A stretch of 62,763 nucleotides of DNA, filler included, from Octopus bimaculoides (lineage: Eukaryota): assembly GCF_001194135.2 (NCBI RefSeq). It is 8 parts of 8 records of this genome, joined end to end, with 100 filler letters (N's around TTAATTAATTAA, not from the genome) between each part and the next. Parts side by side here need not be neighbours in the genome. Positions count along the whole stretch, not along the records: positions 1 to 19,634 come from NC_068999.1; positions 19,735 to 34,778 come from NC_068990.1; 6 more parts are not named here. One strand, 5' to 3'. Below are positions 14,536 to 28,819 of the stretch, piece after piece; position 1 is the stretch's first letter; every line of letters begins with the position of its first letter. The notes below the pieces were generated by a model. That model saw only the letters and a program-made list of their open reading frames with translations. It was not told where the DNA came from and ran no database searches. A program made the position numbers and the translations under genes.

Positions 14536-15887
14536 AGGTTTATATACATATATATGTGTGTGTGTATACATAGATACACACATACATATATAAATGTATG
14601 CATGTGTGTGTGTATGTATGAATGAGAAGTAAATAAATAAATTCAATTTCACAATATAGATATATTGATGTATTCACTGCTTCGTCCAAACTCCAGACAT
14701 TCCAACATTATTCCGTTTTATTAATTGTTTTCTAAATATATGACACAGATTCACTTAACCCTGCCATGTATGTATGTCGGTACTTTGGTATGTGCGCATG
14801 CGTCAACATGCGCATGCGTATAATCATTTATGTCCATATATAAGCATACATGCTTACAAAAATATGTATGTATGCATGTATACATACATGCACAAGTATA
14901 TACACACATACCTACATACATTTATATGCATATATGTACATACATATATACATAAATACAGTGTACATTTAAACACATAAGAGGTATCCATCATAGGATT
15001 CCCTCACGCTAGAAAGAACAGCGGAGTTCCTAACAACTATTAGGGATAAAAAATTTTACACGCTAGGTCACTGGTAGTAGAAATTTCTAATTTTTCTATT
15101 TCCCTTCGATATGATATATATATATATATATANNNNNNNNNNNNNNNNNNNNNNNNNNNNNNNNNNNNNNNNNNNNNNNNNNNNNNNNNNNNNNNNNNNN
15201 NNNNNNNNNNNNNNNNNNNNNNNNNNNNNNNNNNNNNNNNNNNNNNNNNNNNNNNNNNNNNNNNNNNNNNNNNNNNNNNNNNNNNNNNNNNNNNNNNNNN
15301 NNNNNNNNNNNNNNNNNNNNNNNNNNNNNNNNNNNNNNNNNNNNNNNNNNNNNNNNNNNNNNNNNNNNNNNNNNNNNNNNNNNNNNNNNNNNNNNNNNNN
15401 NNNNNNNNNNNNNNNNNNNNNNNNNNNNNNNNNNNNNNNNNNNNNNNNNNNNNNNNNNNNNNNNNNNNNNNNNNNNNNNNNNNNNNNNNNNNNNNNNNNN
15501 NNNNNNNNNNNNNNNNNNNNNNNNNNNNNNNNNNNNNNNNNNNNNNNNNNNNNNNNNNNNNNNNNNNNNNNNNNNNNNNNNNNNNNNNNNNNNNNNNNNN
15601 NNNNCAAACATGGCCTTCACTCAAAATATTGTCCTCGATCTAAAGTGTGTTGCTATTCCTGATATTTTGACTGCTACACAGCTATCTTCCTGAAATTGTA
15701 GACAACAATATTAATTAATACAATCAGCTAATGTAACTTCCTATATATTACAAACATGAGATGGACACGGCTGGAAAGACTATGTTAAGTTTACAACAGA
15801 TCTGTTGATCCGGGATTGAGCTGAGGACTAACCACGGAGAAGAAAGACGAAACAATACTGAGAACGAATTACTACTACTGCTACTAT

Positions 15888-15938
<51 letters not shown>

Positions 15939-16134
15939 AGAGCATACATGATAACAACATTAATAGCAGAAACAACTACAACAAAAGCAATGATAACAAA
16001 ACGAAAATATATAAATAATTAACATAAAATGAAATAAAATACAAAAATATAAAAATCAACATGAAGAAAGAGAATGAATTCAATTTTTGGCTTTCAATGT
16101 CGACAGCTTAATTTTGTTGGTTGGTCTGACGTAG

Positions 16135-16200
16135 ATCAGGCGGAAGTGGTCTGCCAACGACACCGCTTAGGAGATCGACGTATAGGCAGACATATTGTAG
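16135..16200 (+). CDS. Candidate 66-nt exon, frame uncertain (DQAEVVCQRHRLGDRRIGRHIV or SGGSGLPTTPLRRSTYRQTYC)
   Basis: GC-richer island bounded by ...gtctgacgtAG and AG|GTGAGA; two frames open. Confidence 0.35.
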
Positions 16201-17085
16201 GTGAGATTTAATTTCGTAATATACTGCTTGGTCACGTGGCACAAATTTAACTAGACGGCTGCCTCATTAAAAATTAATGAAAACAGCAAATGAGAAGTAT
16301 ATGCAAATGTGTGTGTGTGTGTGTGTATAGACATATGTACAACTTATCTATATGTATATGTGTGTATGTGTGTGTTTGGACGTGTGTCTTTGCTGGCTTG
16401 TTAAATACTGTTTTGTATTTACGTCGTGTATACTCGAATAAAAGTATGTGTTTATGCCTGTGTATATGTAGGTACAATGTATGCGTTTAATTATAAAACA
16501 TACAACTATTAGATACCATTTTGAGCACGAGGTGAAAACTGGATACACTACATCTCATGAAGACGCTGCGTCTCCGTGAAACCCCGAAGTCACTGTTGAC
16601 AGACACATTTTTAACATAGGCAGACATATAAATATGAAATGTATGTATGTATGTATGTATGTATGTATGTATGTATGTATGTATGTATGTGTGTATGTAT
16701 GTATGTATGTATGCGTATTCTGCGTTAGTTAAGAAAAAGCCACTAGTGAGAAGCTTGTTAATGAAATAATTTTTCGAAGTAAACATTGACTATAGAAAAT
16801 AGTTCAAGGTTGAGGTATGTAAACACTCGGCATAGGAATTGTGATACATATGCTGATCGACTGGCGTGGGTTCGATTCCTACGCATACTAATGCCCACTT
16901 TTTTCCATTGTGGGTGTCTATGCCCTAATGTTAGACTATTTTCTATCTATCTATATATCTATACAGTAAAAACTTATAGGTACAATATATATAAATACAT
17001 ACATACATACATACGTACATACATACATACATGCATACATACATACACACTGCTTGCAGACAGAGAAGGTTGCGCATAAGTCTAC

Positions 17086-17158
17086 CAGTTCCAAAATTTC
17101 CTGAACAAATTCTGCTAATGGCGAAATATTCAAGAACACGTTAAAGGTGTGGACTTTT
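17086..17158 (-). CDS. Candidate exon (KVHTFNVFLNISPLAEFVQEILEL)
   Basis: Strong acceptor ttttttgttttttacAG; only one frame open; donor GTAGAC is weak. Confidence 0.3.
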
Positions 17159-17576
17159 CTGTAAAAAACAAAAAAATATTCCCACACACAGACACGCACA
17201 CATATATGCAAATCCACACACACATGCATATTTATATATATATAATTTTGTCTTGTATTTAATCTAAAAAATACCACCTTGTATTCACTATTAATAACGT
17301 AGACGTCTCTGCGGTATATTTACTCGTGTACACGTGTAATGGGTAACACTTGATGCCAGGAAAATTAGGATGCTTTAATTTAGTTATTGCAACCGATTTT
17401 GTGACTAATAGGGCGTCATGTGATCCTCTTCTTTTGAAGTATAATTAGTAATAAATATAAATTACTGAGACTCAAAGGTGTGGTTCTTCATTTCAATATA
17501 ACTTCCATATAACAAGAAGTGTATCAAATTAATTTGGAAATTTTTGAAATAAGTTTAGGTGCATCGATATTTAATT

Positions 17577-17612
<36 letters not shown>

Positions 17613-17708
17613 TAATGAAACACGTGTATTATGAACAGACACACACACGTATACACATATAGTCACACATAACATATACACAAAACATGATTGAAAGTCT
17701 AATCTGAG

Positions 17709-17759
<51 letters not shown>

Positions 17760-17980
17760 TTGTTATGTATATATATATGTACATATATATGTATAATTTA
17801 TTCCCTTTGTGTNNNNNNNNNNNNNNNNNNNNNNNNNNNNNNNNNNNNNNNNNNNNNNNNNNNNNNNNNNNNNNNNNNNNNNNNNNNNNNNNNNNNNNNN
17901 NNNNNNNNNNNNNNNNNNNNNNNNNNNNNNNNNNNNNNNNNNNNTATATATATATATATATATATATACATATATATACA

Positions 17981-18012
<32 letters not shown>

Positions 18013-18028
18013 CAAAACGAAGGTGGAG

Positions 18029-18092
<64 letters not shown>

Positions 18093-18111
18093 CAACAACA
18101 ACAACAATAAT

Positions 18112-18605
18112 AAGTATCTCGGGATGTCCTGTGCTGACACAAAAAGAATACAAAAATCACCACGATAGAGTAGGACAGTATTTACATTAGAAAATATGTA
18201 AACACTACAAAATCAACAATCCTGCTTCCTGGTATGGACATCATCCTCAGCAAATGCTAGAAGATAAAAATGACACTATCTTCTCGGATTTTTCAGTCAA
18301 CACCGACAGAATGATCCAGGCTAATCGACTAGACATAGTCATTAAAGATTAGAAGAAAATACTTGTAGACTAAAAGATGTGTTCCCACTGATAAAAATAT
18401 ATCTGTAAGGGAATTTGACAAATTAAATAATCATATGGTCCTGGACATCGAAATACAAATGATGTTGCATCTTAGAACGAGAACTGTTCCCGTTATTGCG
18501 GGTGCCCTAGCTACGATAAGAAAGGGATATCAATAGCATCTAGATAATATCCCAGGAGAACCATGTCTCAGAGAAATCCAAATGATTGTGCTAACAAGTA
18601 CTAGA
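18112..18605 (+). mobile_element. Older R4/Dong-like fragment (zinc knuckle + REL domain)
   Basis: ISGCPVLTQKEYKNHHDRVGQYLH, TDRMIQANRLDIV, TVPVIAGALA; directly after (AAT)n. Confidence 0.8.
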
Positions 18606-18796
18606 AAAAAAAGCTATAAATTTTAATGTCTGTGTTGTATTACATGAAAATATTTCGCTACTGCTCCTGCCCCTCCCATCCTCAAGCTTTCAGTCATACT
18701 GTAACATCACTTATCCTTCACTCGCACTAGGACGCTGGGTGTGTCTCGTCGAGTGATTGTGACAAACATGCATGTTAAAAGTAAATAATAATAATA

Positions 18797-18849
<53 letters not shown>

Positions 18850-19603
18850 GATGATGATGATGAAGATGATGATGATGATAATAATAATGACGATGACGAT
18901 GATGATATAAAGTCTGTCTCGAGCCAGAGTTGCAGAGAATTGAACCAAGTACGGTTACATCTACGCCTCTTATTTATCAGTATATTTGATTGCTATTTTT
19001 TTTTATTAATTATGCTTTATTCACAGTTATTGTATAATATTTTACGCATTCTATATTCTTCATTTTCGCACAAATCTTAATATTCTTTGCCAGTATATCT
19101 TTCACTCATCATTAACTGTGTGATCATATGGAGTGCGTGCGTAAGAGCTCTACGCACATCCTGATGCAGTAATGTATACGAATGCCCATGACTGTGTGTG
19201 TGTGTGAGTGCTTATGTCTGAATGTGTGTGAGTTTGTGTGTGTGTATATGTGTGTGTTTCTATGTGTGTATGTATGCATGTGTATGTATGCATGTGTATG
19301 CGTGTGCATGCATGTGTGTTTTCTCTGATCTGCTTCTTTACTCAAGAGAATTAACAAATTATACTTTGCTTATCTGTGCAAAAAGGACGCTAATAGAATT
19401 TCGGGGAGCAGAGAATTCTAAATCTACCTAGCTTCCAATTATGGAAATAAATTTTTCTTAGAACTGATAATGATGTAATCAGCATATTACACGCGCACGC
19501 ACACACACACACGCACACATATATATATATATATATTGATATATACACACAAACACAGACACACTCTCACATATATACTCTCATAAATATATATTTATAT
19601 ACA

Positions 19604-19634
<31 letters not shown>

Positions 19635-19734
19635 NNNNNNNNNNNNNNNNNNNNNNNNNNNNNNNNNNNNNNNNNNNNTTAATTAATTAANNNNNNNNNN
19701 NNNNNNNNNNNNNNNNNNNNNNNNNNNNNNNNNN
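19635..19734. other. Assembly spacer 44N + TTAATTAATTAA + 44N; also at 34779-34878, 47422-47521, 51771-51870, 53970-54069, 56840-56939, 60095-60194
   Basis: Identical 100-bp layout seven times; the palindromic 12-mer has stop codons in all six frames. Confidence 0.95.
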
Positions 19735-20029
19735 ATATATATATATATATATATTTGTGCCTGTTTGTAATCCCACCGCCATCACTTGACAACCGATGCC
19801 AGTGTGTTTATGTCCCCGTAACATAGCTGTTCATCAAAAGAGACCGGTAGCATAAGTAATACTCCTACAAAGAATAAGTCCTAGGGTCGATTTCTTCGAC
19901 TAAAATCATTTAAGGCGGTACTCCAGTATGGCAGCAGTCAAATGACTGCAACAAGTAAAAGTAAACTTATATGCATGTATGTATCTATCTATCTTCATGT
20001 CTATACATATATAAAAATAAATAATAAAT

Positions 20030-20255
20030 GCGCCCTTTTAAAGCCTAGCCAGGCTCATGGGCCCGATTTCCTGGTTTCTATGGCATATCTGTTCCCCAGC
20101 TGGATGGGACGCCAGTCCATTGCAGCGTTACTCATTTTTGCCAGCTGAGTGGACTGCAGCTACGTGAAATGAAGTGTTTCGCCCGGTCCAGGAATCGAAA
20201 CCACAATCTTACGATAATGATGCTGACATCCTAACCACTAATCCACACGCCTCCA
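20030..20255 (-). mobile_element. tRNA-derived SINE
   Basis: Reverse complement gives gtggaggcgtgtggattagtggttagg...gtttcgattcc plus the cagtccactcagctggc core. Confidence 0.75.
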
Positions 20256-20692
20256 CCTATACATATATATAGACACATAAATAATCTTCCCCCACGCCCT
20301 TGTTACATTTCACTTTAGAAACGGGGATACTTTCGTTAACTTTACCCGTCGTATCTACTGTTTTATTTAATACTTTGTATTTGCTTATATCCATTTATTT
20401 TTACGAATTCATTCTCAACGTCTAGGCGAAAATTTTTCAAATGTAATAAAGTAAATACCCTATTTCAGTCTATTTTATTTCACTACATTTTATATCATTT
20501 CCGTAGAATATTTCAAGTATTATTGTACCAGTATATAAATAAACTTCGGAAGAGTTCCTTTATTTCTAGTCTTCACCAATGTACGATTCTATTCATTACA
20601 AAAATGTTTTATATACATACATACANNNNNNNNNNNNNNNNNNNNNNNNNNNNNNNNNNNNNNNNNNNNNNNNNNNNNNNNNNNNNNNNNNN

Positions 20693-20735
<43 letters not shown>

Positions 20736-20801
20736 TAGATATATATATATATGTGTATGTGTGTATGTATATAGATATGTGTGTGTGTGTGTGAATGTGT
20801 A

Positions 20802-23170
20802 CTAGCTGACGTACCAATAATTCCCGGAAAAGCGGGGTTTATCCCTTGGTTCGTTCTCATAATTGTTTCGATAATCCAATAACAACAATACAAATTATGT
20901 AGCCCTTAAAACGGTTTTGTGCATTTACAGAGAATACCGGACTGTCTTACATATGATCTTGTTTTTAGGAAATCTCAATAAGTTATGAATACTCCAATCG
21001 TGAAGTTAGTTACGTAATAACAAGAAATTTGTTACCCGATAGTAAAAATTCAAATAAAGTAGCCTAAAAAAAGAGCTCTAATGTATTACCAAAGTATACA
21101 GAACTTAGGAGGAAATACCAATATGGAATGTATACCAAAATGGTGAAGCATGCCGTAATAAAAGGCTAATCAGATATGAAATAATGACAATTCAAAGTCA
21201 ATAACTCTGAAAACGGTTTTGTGTGCTCTCAGAGAATATAACCTTTAGGGGTGCTAGTGTTGAAATAGATTTACGATGAATGTAGAAACAGACTGACATT
21301 TAGTTTTACAGTAGATATACAAATAAATTTACATATACATTTTAAAATAAAATAACATGTAGATTATCAATACATTCACAACACTTACAAATATTAGTTA
21401 AATAATAAATACCTGATGATTTGGTGAATCTTATTAAGTTTCCAGAGCTTCATGATAAACAACATATTTGATCTCGCCTTGTGAAGTAAATGATTAAGAT
21501 TGCCGACTCTTGAGCATCCCACATAAAGTTGGCCATGGGAGAAAACTGGTTCCGCAAGGTTCAGACCTACCACATCCAAAGACTGACCCTGGGCCTTGTT
21601 AATGTCCATTGCAAAGCTCAGTTTCAACGGGAATTGCAGGTGCTTCTGCTGGAAAGGCATATCCGCGGGAATATGTGGAATTCTAGGAATGAATTCAGGC
21701 TAACCGTTTGCTTTACCATTCAAAATTGCTGTCTCGAAGACAGCTAGCACCGTATTCTTTATTATAAGTCATGTGCCATTGCAAAGCTTTGATGGATCGA
21801 AGTTTCGAAGCAGCATAACTGGTGCCCCAATCTTGAAGTGCAAGTTGCGAGGTGGGAAGCCGGGTGGTGTTAGACTATGCAAGAATTCAACTGGATAATT
21901 CACAGTTTCATCGATGTCGAGTACAGTATCAATGGAATTGTAGATGTGACGGTGACCTGGCAACTGTTCCAGAAATTTGATGTTCAAATCATCAACTGCC
22001 ACATTCTTTGGAGCTCAAATGGCATGGGATTTCAGCCAGTTGTGGTTTGTAAAATGATTCCTCAGGTCAAGAAACATCTTATTCATTCGTTCCTTTAAAT
22101 CCTGATACCATATATCCAAAAGACTAACTTACCTGGCCATCCTTCTCGCCAACCGAAGTCCCATTACCGACGTCCAACAGTTGCTTTGAAAAGTTTCTCT
22201 CTGCATCATCATCACCACTGAGCTGCAGTCTCAAGTTGGTTGTGAGTCTCAGCTTTTGCACAATGCTCCATATGTAGGACGACTTTATGCTGGCATTTGC
22301 ATCATCAGCTTTTGTCTCATTTGGAACCACGGGAAGGGTTTGTTTAAAGCCTCCTGCAAGCAAGACTGGAAATTCCCATTAGCCTGGTGCTGTGTCTCAG
22401 ATCCTGAAGAGCCATCTCAAGAGCTTAAAAGGTAGTCTTATGGCTCATTATCGCCTTATCCCAGATGATCAACCTGCATTCACCCAGAAGTTTGCCTTTT
22501 ATAGATGCAAGATTGATGTTGCAGTTTGCTTTCTCTTTCTTGGACAGGTCCAAAGGGAGTTTGAAACAAGAATGAGCTGTACGGCCACCCTTTAGCAGAG
22601 TTATTCCTCTTGATGCCACTGCTGTGGTAATGTGTTTCATTTGGCGCAGTTTAACCAGAAGAAGGTTGATAACAAATGTCTTGCCAGTTCCAACTGGAGC
22701 ATCCAGAAAGAAAAGACTTCCTCTTTCATTTTCGATGCTCGAAATAATGGTGTCATAAACACCCAGTTGGACCTCCATCAGTTTGTGTTCTTTATCAGCT
22801 ATGTACGCCGTCATTTACTCGATATCATAGCTGATTTCTCGCAATTACACAAATGCGATCTTGTTTGCTGTCTGTTCCGCTTGAGGCAGACCAAATGTGG
22901 CAATGCCTTGACCTCCCGTAGCCTGCACTCGGGTGTCCGGGTCAAGTAATGCCTCATTGTAAATGGCGTTATTGAACGTGGCAATTTTCGCTGTGGTTAG
23001 CCTTTGAATCCTTCGTAGGATGTCCTCTGCCATGCTAGTTTTGTGGGTCGTCCAAAGTTTGAGAGGTTCACCCAAGCCACATGCCATCAACATGATAGGA
23101 AATAGCTGGCACAGTGGACTTGGTGCTCTGCTGAATGCTGCCTCCTCCAATGAATTCGATAAAACAGACG
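20802..23170 (-). mobile_element. Degraded Helitron: Pif1-like helicase half plus 3' terminus
   Basis: Helicase motifs in broken frames: FFLDAPVGTGKT, LIIWDKAIM, AGGFKQTLPV, QFPLKLSFAMDINKAQGQSL, HGQLYVGCSRV. The minus strand ends ...gtcagCTAG followed by T at 20801, with a short cccg/cggg stem (20823-20836). The 5' part is lost in an N gap. Confidence 0.9.
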
Positions 23171-23469
23171 NNNNNNNNNNNNNNNNNNNNNNNNNNNNNN
23201 NNNNNNNNNNNNNNNNNNNNNNNNNNNNNNNNNNNNNNNNNNNNNNNNNNNNNNNNNNNNNNNNNNNNNNNNNNNNNNNNNNNNNNNNNNNNNNNNNNNG
23301 GGTAGAAAATAACGTTGAGTGATACAGTGTAGTGAAACAATCCTCCTCCTCCTCCTCCGTCTGCTGCTGCCACTACGACTACTACCACTACGACTACTAC
23401 CACTACGACTCCTCTTCCTTACCCTCTGTATGCTGCTGCTGCTACTACTACTACTACTACTACTACTAC

Positions 23470-23678
23470 TTTCTACTATAGGTACAAGGGGCCTGAAATT
23501 TGGGAAAAGGGACCAGTCGATTATATCGACCTCAGTACACAACCGGTACTTAATTTATCGACCCCGAAAGGATGAAAGGCAAAGTCGACCTTGGCGGAAT
23601 TTGAACTCTGAACCGGACGAAATGCCGCTAAACATTTTTCCCGGCGTGCTAACGATTTCGCCAGCTCTCCGTCTTGGC
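23470..23678 (-). mobile_element. tRNA-derived SINE
   Basis: Minus-strand A/B boxes (ggcgaaatcgttagc, gagttcaaattcc) and the gcctttcatcctttcggggtcgataaa core; (TAC)n adjacent. Confidence 0.8.
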
Positions 23679-24307
23679 AAAACAAAAAGAAAAATCAACA
23701 ACAAAAATAATAATAATATTGTCTTTATCATTATAGCAATAATATGTAACTGCATGTAGAAACTGCGTTAGTATGGGAAAACAACATGCATGCTATTAAA
23801 ATTAGAGAGTAAAATATGCATCCGAATGAATTGTAAAGAAAATTTATTAAAACTGCTTATCTGTGTAAATGTGTTAATTATAATTATAAAAATATGTTTA
23901 GGTTGTTACAGGAGAAACATCCAGTGAGAAATTACAGTAGATAATTACGTGTGTGTGTGTGTGTGTATGCGCGCGCGCGAGTGAAGAACCCATGTATATT
24001 AAAATCGTTGAATTAGATATATCGCATGTAATATGCATTTAATTAAATTGTACACAGAAGATGCCACCAAATGCAAATTCATTAAAAAGTTGTGCTTATA
24101 TATGTATATTATATGTGTGTGTAAGTCTGTACGCATAAGTATAAGTATATTTTTATGTGTGTGTGTACGGTAATATAAAGAGGCATACATGTATACATAT
24201 ATATCAGTATATATGTGTATGTGTGAAAATATATTTATAGATAGATAGATGAATGGATGGATGGACGGATAGATGGATACGTACATACATACGTACGTAC
24301 AAAGATA

Positions 24308-24359
<52 letters not shown>

Positions 24360-24610
24360 CATACAGTATACAAACATACAGAAATGTGTATATATTTGTA
24401 CATACGTACACCTTGTTATATTTGTGCGTGTTTGTTTCTATATGCATGTGTTCATGTTGAAGATCCATTTTTATTATTTTTCTTCGCCTTCAGTATCAAA
24501 GAGCTCGCTTTGTAGAAATACGTTTACACATGCGTACATACACATACATATATATACATACATGCACGCATACATACATACATACACACACACATACATA
24601 CATACATACA

Positions 24611-24642
<32 letters not shown>

Positions 24643-25163
24643 CCGAAGTGAAATTGATTTCAGAATTATCGATTAAGGAACACTATAATGTGCTAAAAGG
24701 TGCTTAAAAGCATGTTTAGAAACAGATAAATGTTCGAAATCTTTATTTCAAACCATAAGAATCTTAGGGAAACATTATCAGCGTTTCGCATAGAAACAAA
24801 TGACAGCGAAGATTCGACCAAGTACAGAGCTGTTAGATTTAAAACAAACTGAGCAATATTAAACGTTTGTGGGCTAGTGTTTTTCAAAAGCCCACTATGT
24901 CTCCTCAAAGCAATTGAAAATTTCCTTTCAGGGTTATTAAATATGTGTCTAAGCTGATAAAATTGAGTTTTGCTCGTGTGTACCTTATTTAATGCTGTAT
25001 ATTAAATTCGATTACTTAAATATACAAGATTTTACCTCCCACACTTTCCCCATGCAGTTTTATGCACACATTTTTCCCTGCATGATTCTCAAACAAGAAA
25101 TTGCATATTTATATATACACACAAATGCAAGCATATACATATACAATATATATATATATATAT

Positions 25164-25269
<106 letters not shown>

Positions 25270-25612
25270 ATATGTATATGTATATAAATATATATATATA
25301 TGTATATATATGTATATAGTTATAAATACACACATATATATATATACATGGATACCTAGATGTACATATATATGTGCGCTTGCGTATATACACAGTATAT
25401 ATGATGTAATATATAATGTATATGTGTGTGTTTGTGTGTGTGTGTATGTCTGTGTGTGTATGATTAAAGCATTTACACTAATATACACTCTTAATGTTTT
25501 CACTATAATTTAATCGCATCCATATTTTATTCAATAATTTTAATAACAAACACGCTTTCACCCTCGAAGTACATTATCCTGAATTTGCTTATTATTGCTA
25601 TTATTATTATTA

Positions 25613-25950
25613 TTCAGTAGTTTTATTTTTATAACGTACTTTCACTTCACTACCGAGCGCAGCTCTGTGCGCCTTGGGTATGTGCTGTGGTTTGCTGTGG
25701 TGCTCTTATGTTTACTGTATTGAAAGTGTTTTGCGTAGAATGTGTGCAGTACCCAGTAGTGCAATTTTCTGTATGTTATATATATTTGTAAGTCCTGGTG
25801 TTTTTGTTATGTATTTGTCTGAATATTTTTTTATTATACCTAAGGCACCTACTATGATAGGAATTGTTTCTGTTTTTAGATTCCACATTCGAGTTATCTC
25901 TATTTCCAGGTCTTTGTATTTTGAAAGTTTTTTCCATTTCTTTTAGAGAA
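25613..25950 (-). mobile_element. R4/Dong-like 3' end, same family as 10887-11213
   Basis: Highly similar reverse complement of 10887-11213; (TAA)n on both sides. Confidence 0.85.
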
Positions 25951-26016
<66 letters not shown>

Positions 26017-26700
26017 CTCTAACAGTCATCAGCACATTTTTGTAATATTTGCATTTTTTACANNNNNNNNNNNNNNNNNNNNNNNNNNNNNNNNNNNNNN
26101 NNNNNNNNNNNNNNNNNNNNNNNNNNNNNNNNNNNNNNNNNNNNNNNNNNNNNNNNNNNNNNNNNNNNNNNNNNNNNNNNNNNNNNNNNNNNNNNNNNNN
26201 NNNNNNNNNNNNNNNNNNNNNNNNNNNNNNNNNNNNNNNNNNNNNNNNNNNNNNNNNNNNNNNNNNNNNNNNNNNNNNNNNNNNNNNNNNNNNNNNNNNN
26301 NNNNNNNNNNNNNNNNNNNNNNNNNNNNNNNNNNNNNNNNNNNNNNNNNNNNNNNNNNNNNNNNNNNNNNNNNNNNNNNNNNNNNNNNNNNNNNNNNNNN
26401 NNNNNNNNNNNNNNNNNNNNNNNNNNNNNNNNNNNNNNNNNNNNNNNNNNNNNNNNNNNNNNNNNNNNNNNNNNNNNNNNNNNNNNNNNNNNNNNNNNNN
26501 NNNNNNNNNNNNNNNNNNNNNNNNNNNNNNNNNNNNNNNNNNNNNNNNNNNNNNNNNNNNNNNNNNNNNNNNNNNNNNNNNNNNNNNNNNNNNNNNNNNN
26601 NNNNNNNNNNNNNNNNNNNNNNNNNNNNNNNNNNNNAACACGCTTTCACCCTCGAAGTACATTATCCTGAATTTGCTTATTATTGCTATTATTATTATTA

Positions 26701-27038
26701 TTCAGTAGTTTTATTTTTATAACGTACTTTCACTTCACTACCGAGCGCAGCTCTGTGCGCCTTGGGTATGTGCTGTGGTTTGCTGTGGTGCTCTTATGTT
26801 TACTGTATTGAAAGTGTTTTGCGTAGAATGTGTGCAGTACCCAGTAGTGCAATTTTCTGTATGTTATATATATTTGTAAGTCCTGGTGTTTTTGTTATGT
26901 ATTTGTCTGAATATTTTTTTATTATACCTAATGCACCTACTATGATAGGAATTGTTTCTGTTTTTAGATTCCACATTCGAGTTATCTCTATTTCCAGGTC
27001 TTTGTATTTTGAAAGTTTTTTCCATTTCTTTTAGAGAA
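26701..27038 (-). mobile_element. Second copy of the same R4/Dong-like fragment within a 513-bp duplicated block
   Basis: Matches 25613-25950 except T26932 vs G25844. Confidence 0.8.
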
Positions 27039-27104
<66 letters not shown>

Positions 27105-28249
27105 CTCTAACAGTCATCAGCACATTTTTGTAATATTTGCATTTTTTACAGATTCTTTTTCAAATGGGGGGGGCTTTAGCAATCTGTTTCAAAGGTTGTT
27201 TTTTTTCAGTGCCCAATGAAAATTGTTTTATACACATACATTTTCTAAGAAAGAGCAAAAGCAACTATCGCGCATCCACCAAATTCATTCTGTTAGCGGC
27301 ACAGTAAAAATTTTAAAGACATTTCAAAGATTCTGCATCAGAAATTGTTCAAATGAATATGTGCTCATGCTCGGTCACGTGCATCTGAAAAGACATATGT
27401 AAATAACTAATGATGCGCACTCATACATACACGTACGCACAGACACTTAAATGGTAAACAGGCTCATTCACGCAGTGCATAAATGTATGTGCATACACCT
27501 ACACGTGTGCCCACTCAAACTCATCCACATATTTACAGACACCGGGAAGTGTCATTAATTTAAATATCTTAACACTTTGTCTGCTACCGCCTTGAACAAC
27601 GTGACGAATTAAATCATAAATAAAACATAAACATAGTAATGAGATATACACAACTATGTTCTGTTATGGCACGCACATATACGACTGTAGGTTTATACGC
27701 ACACTCTCTTTTACTCTTTTACTTGTTTCAGTCAGTTGACTGTGGTCATGCTGGAGCACCGCCTTTAGTCGAGCAAATCGACACCAGGACTTATTTTTTG
27801 TATCCCTAGTACTTATTGTATCGGTCTCTTTTGCTGAACCACTAAGTTACGGGGATGTAAACACACCATCATCGGTTGTCAAGTGATGTNNNNNNNNNNN
27901 NNNNNNNNNNNNNNNNNNNNNNNNNNNNNNNNNNNNNNNNNNNNNNNNNNNNNNNNNNNNNNNNNNNNNNNNNNNNNNNNNNNNNNNNNNNNNNNNNNNN
28001 NTATATATATATATATATATTCATATACATATATACGAAGGGCTTCTTTCAGTTTCCGTCTACCAAATCCACTCACAAGGCTTTGGTCGGCCCGAGGCTA
28101 TAGTAGAAGACACTTGCCCAAGGTGCCACGCAGTGGGTCTGAACACAGAACCAAATGATTGATAAGCAAGCTACTTACCAGACAGCCACTCCTACACGTT
28201 TACAACACACATATATATCAACTAAATCCCAAAGTAACATGCGTACATT

Positions 28250-28770
28250 CGTCAGTGTCATCGGTTCGTTCTTCGAATCCAAGGATTGATTTCTCTTCCT
28301 GGACGAATATGTGAACCATTAATACCGGTGGCGAATCCTCTTGTAGAACATACGATGGCGTTGGCCACATTTGAATGTCGGAGTCGATCGTGATTACTGG
28401 TGTTACCTTCCGTCACCGTTGTTTCGCCTCCTTTCTTATTCGTCCTCTTTCAAACAATCATTGTTTATGCTTTGTCGGTAGGCGGGACGGTCGGATTACG
28501 GTCTTTTCAAAGCCAGGAGGTTGTAACTAGTCTGCTTTAGAGTCAACTTTAGCTCATCTTTGTAGCGTTGACGAAGGGAGGTACCTCTTTGTCTTTTCCC
28601 GGTTAATCCCTTCGCTTGAAGAGGATTTGATGAGGAAATCGTTCATCGTTCATCCTAGTGACAGAGTCAACCCATCGAAGACATTGTTTGATGATTAAGG
28701 ATTCACGGCTCAGACTATTCACTCTTGCCATCACAGAGTTATAGGTGATGTAGTCAAACCACTTGATGTT

Positions 28771-28819
<49 letters not shown>

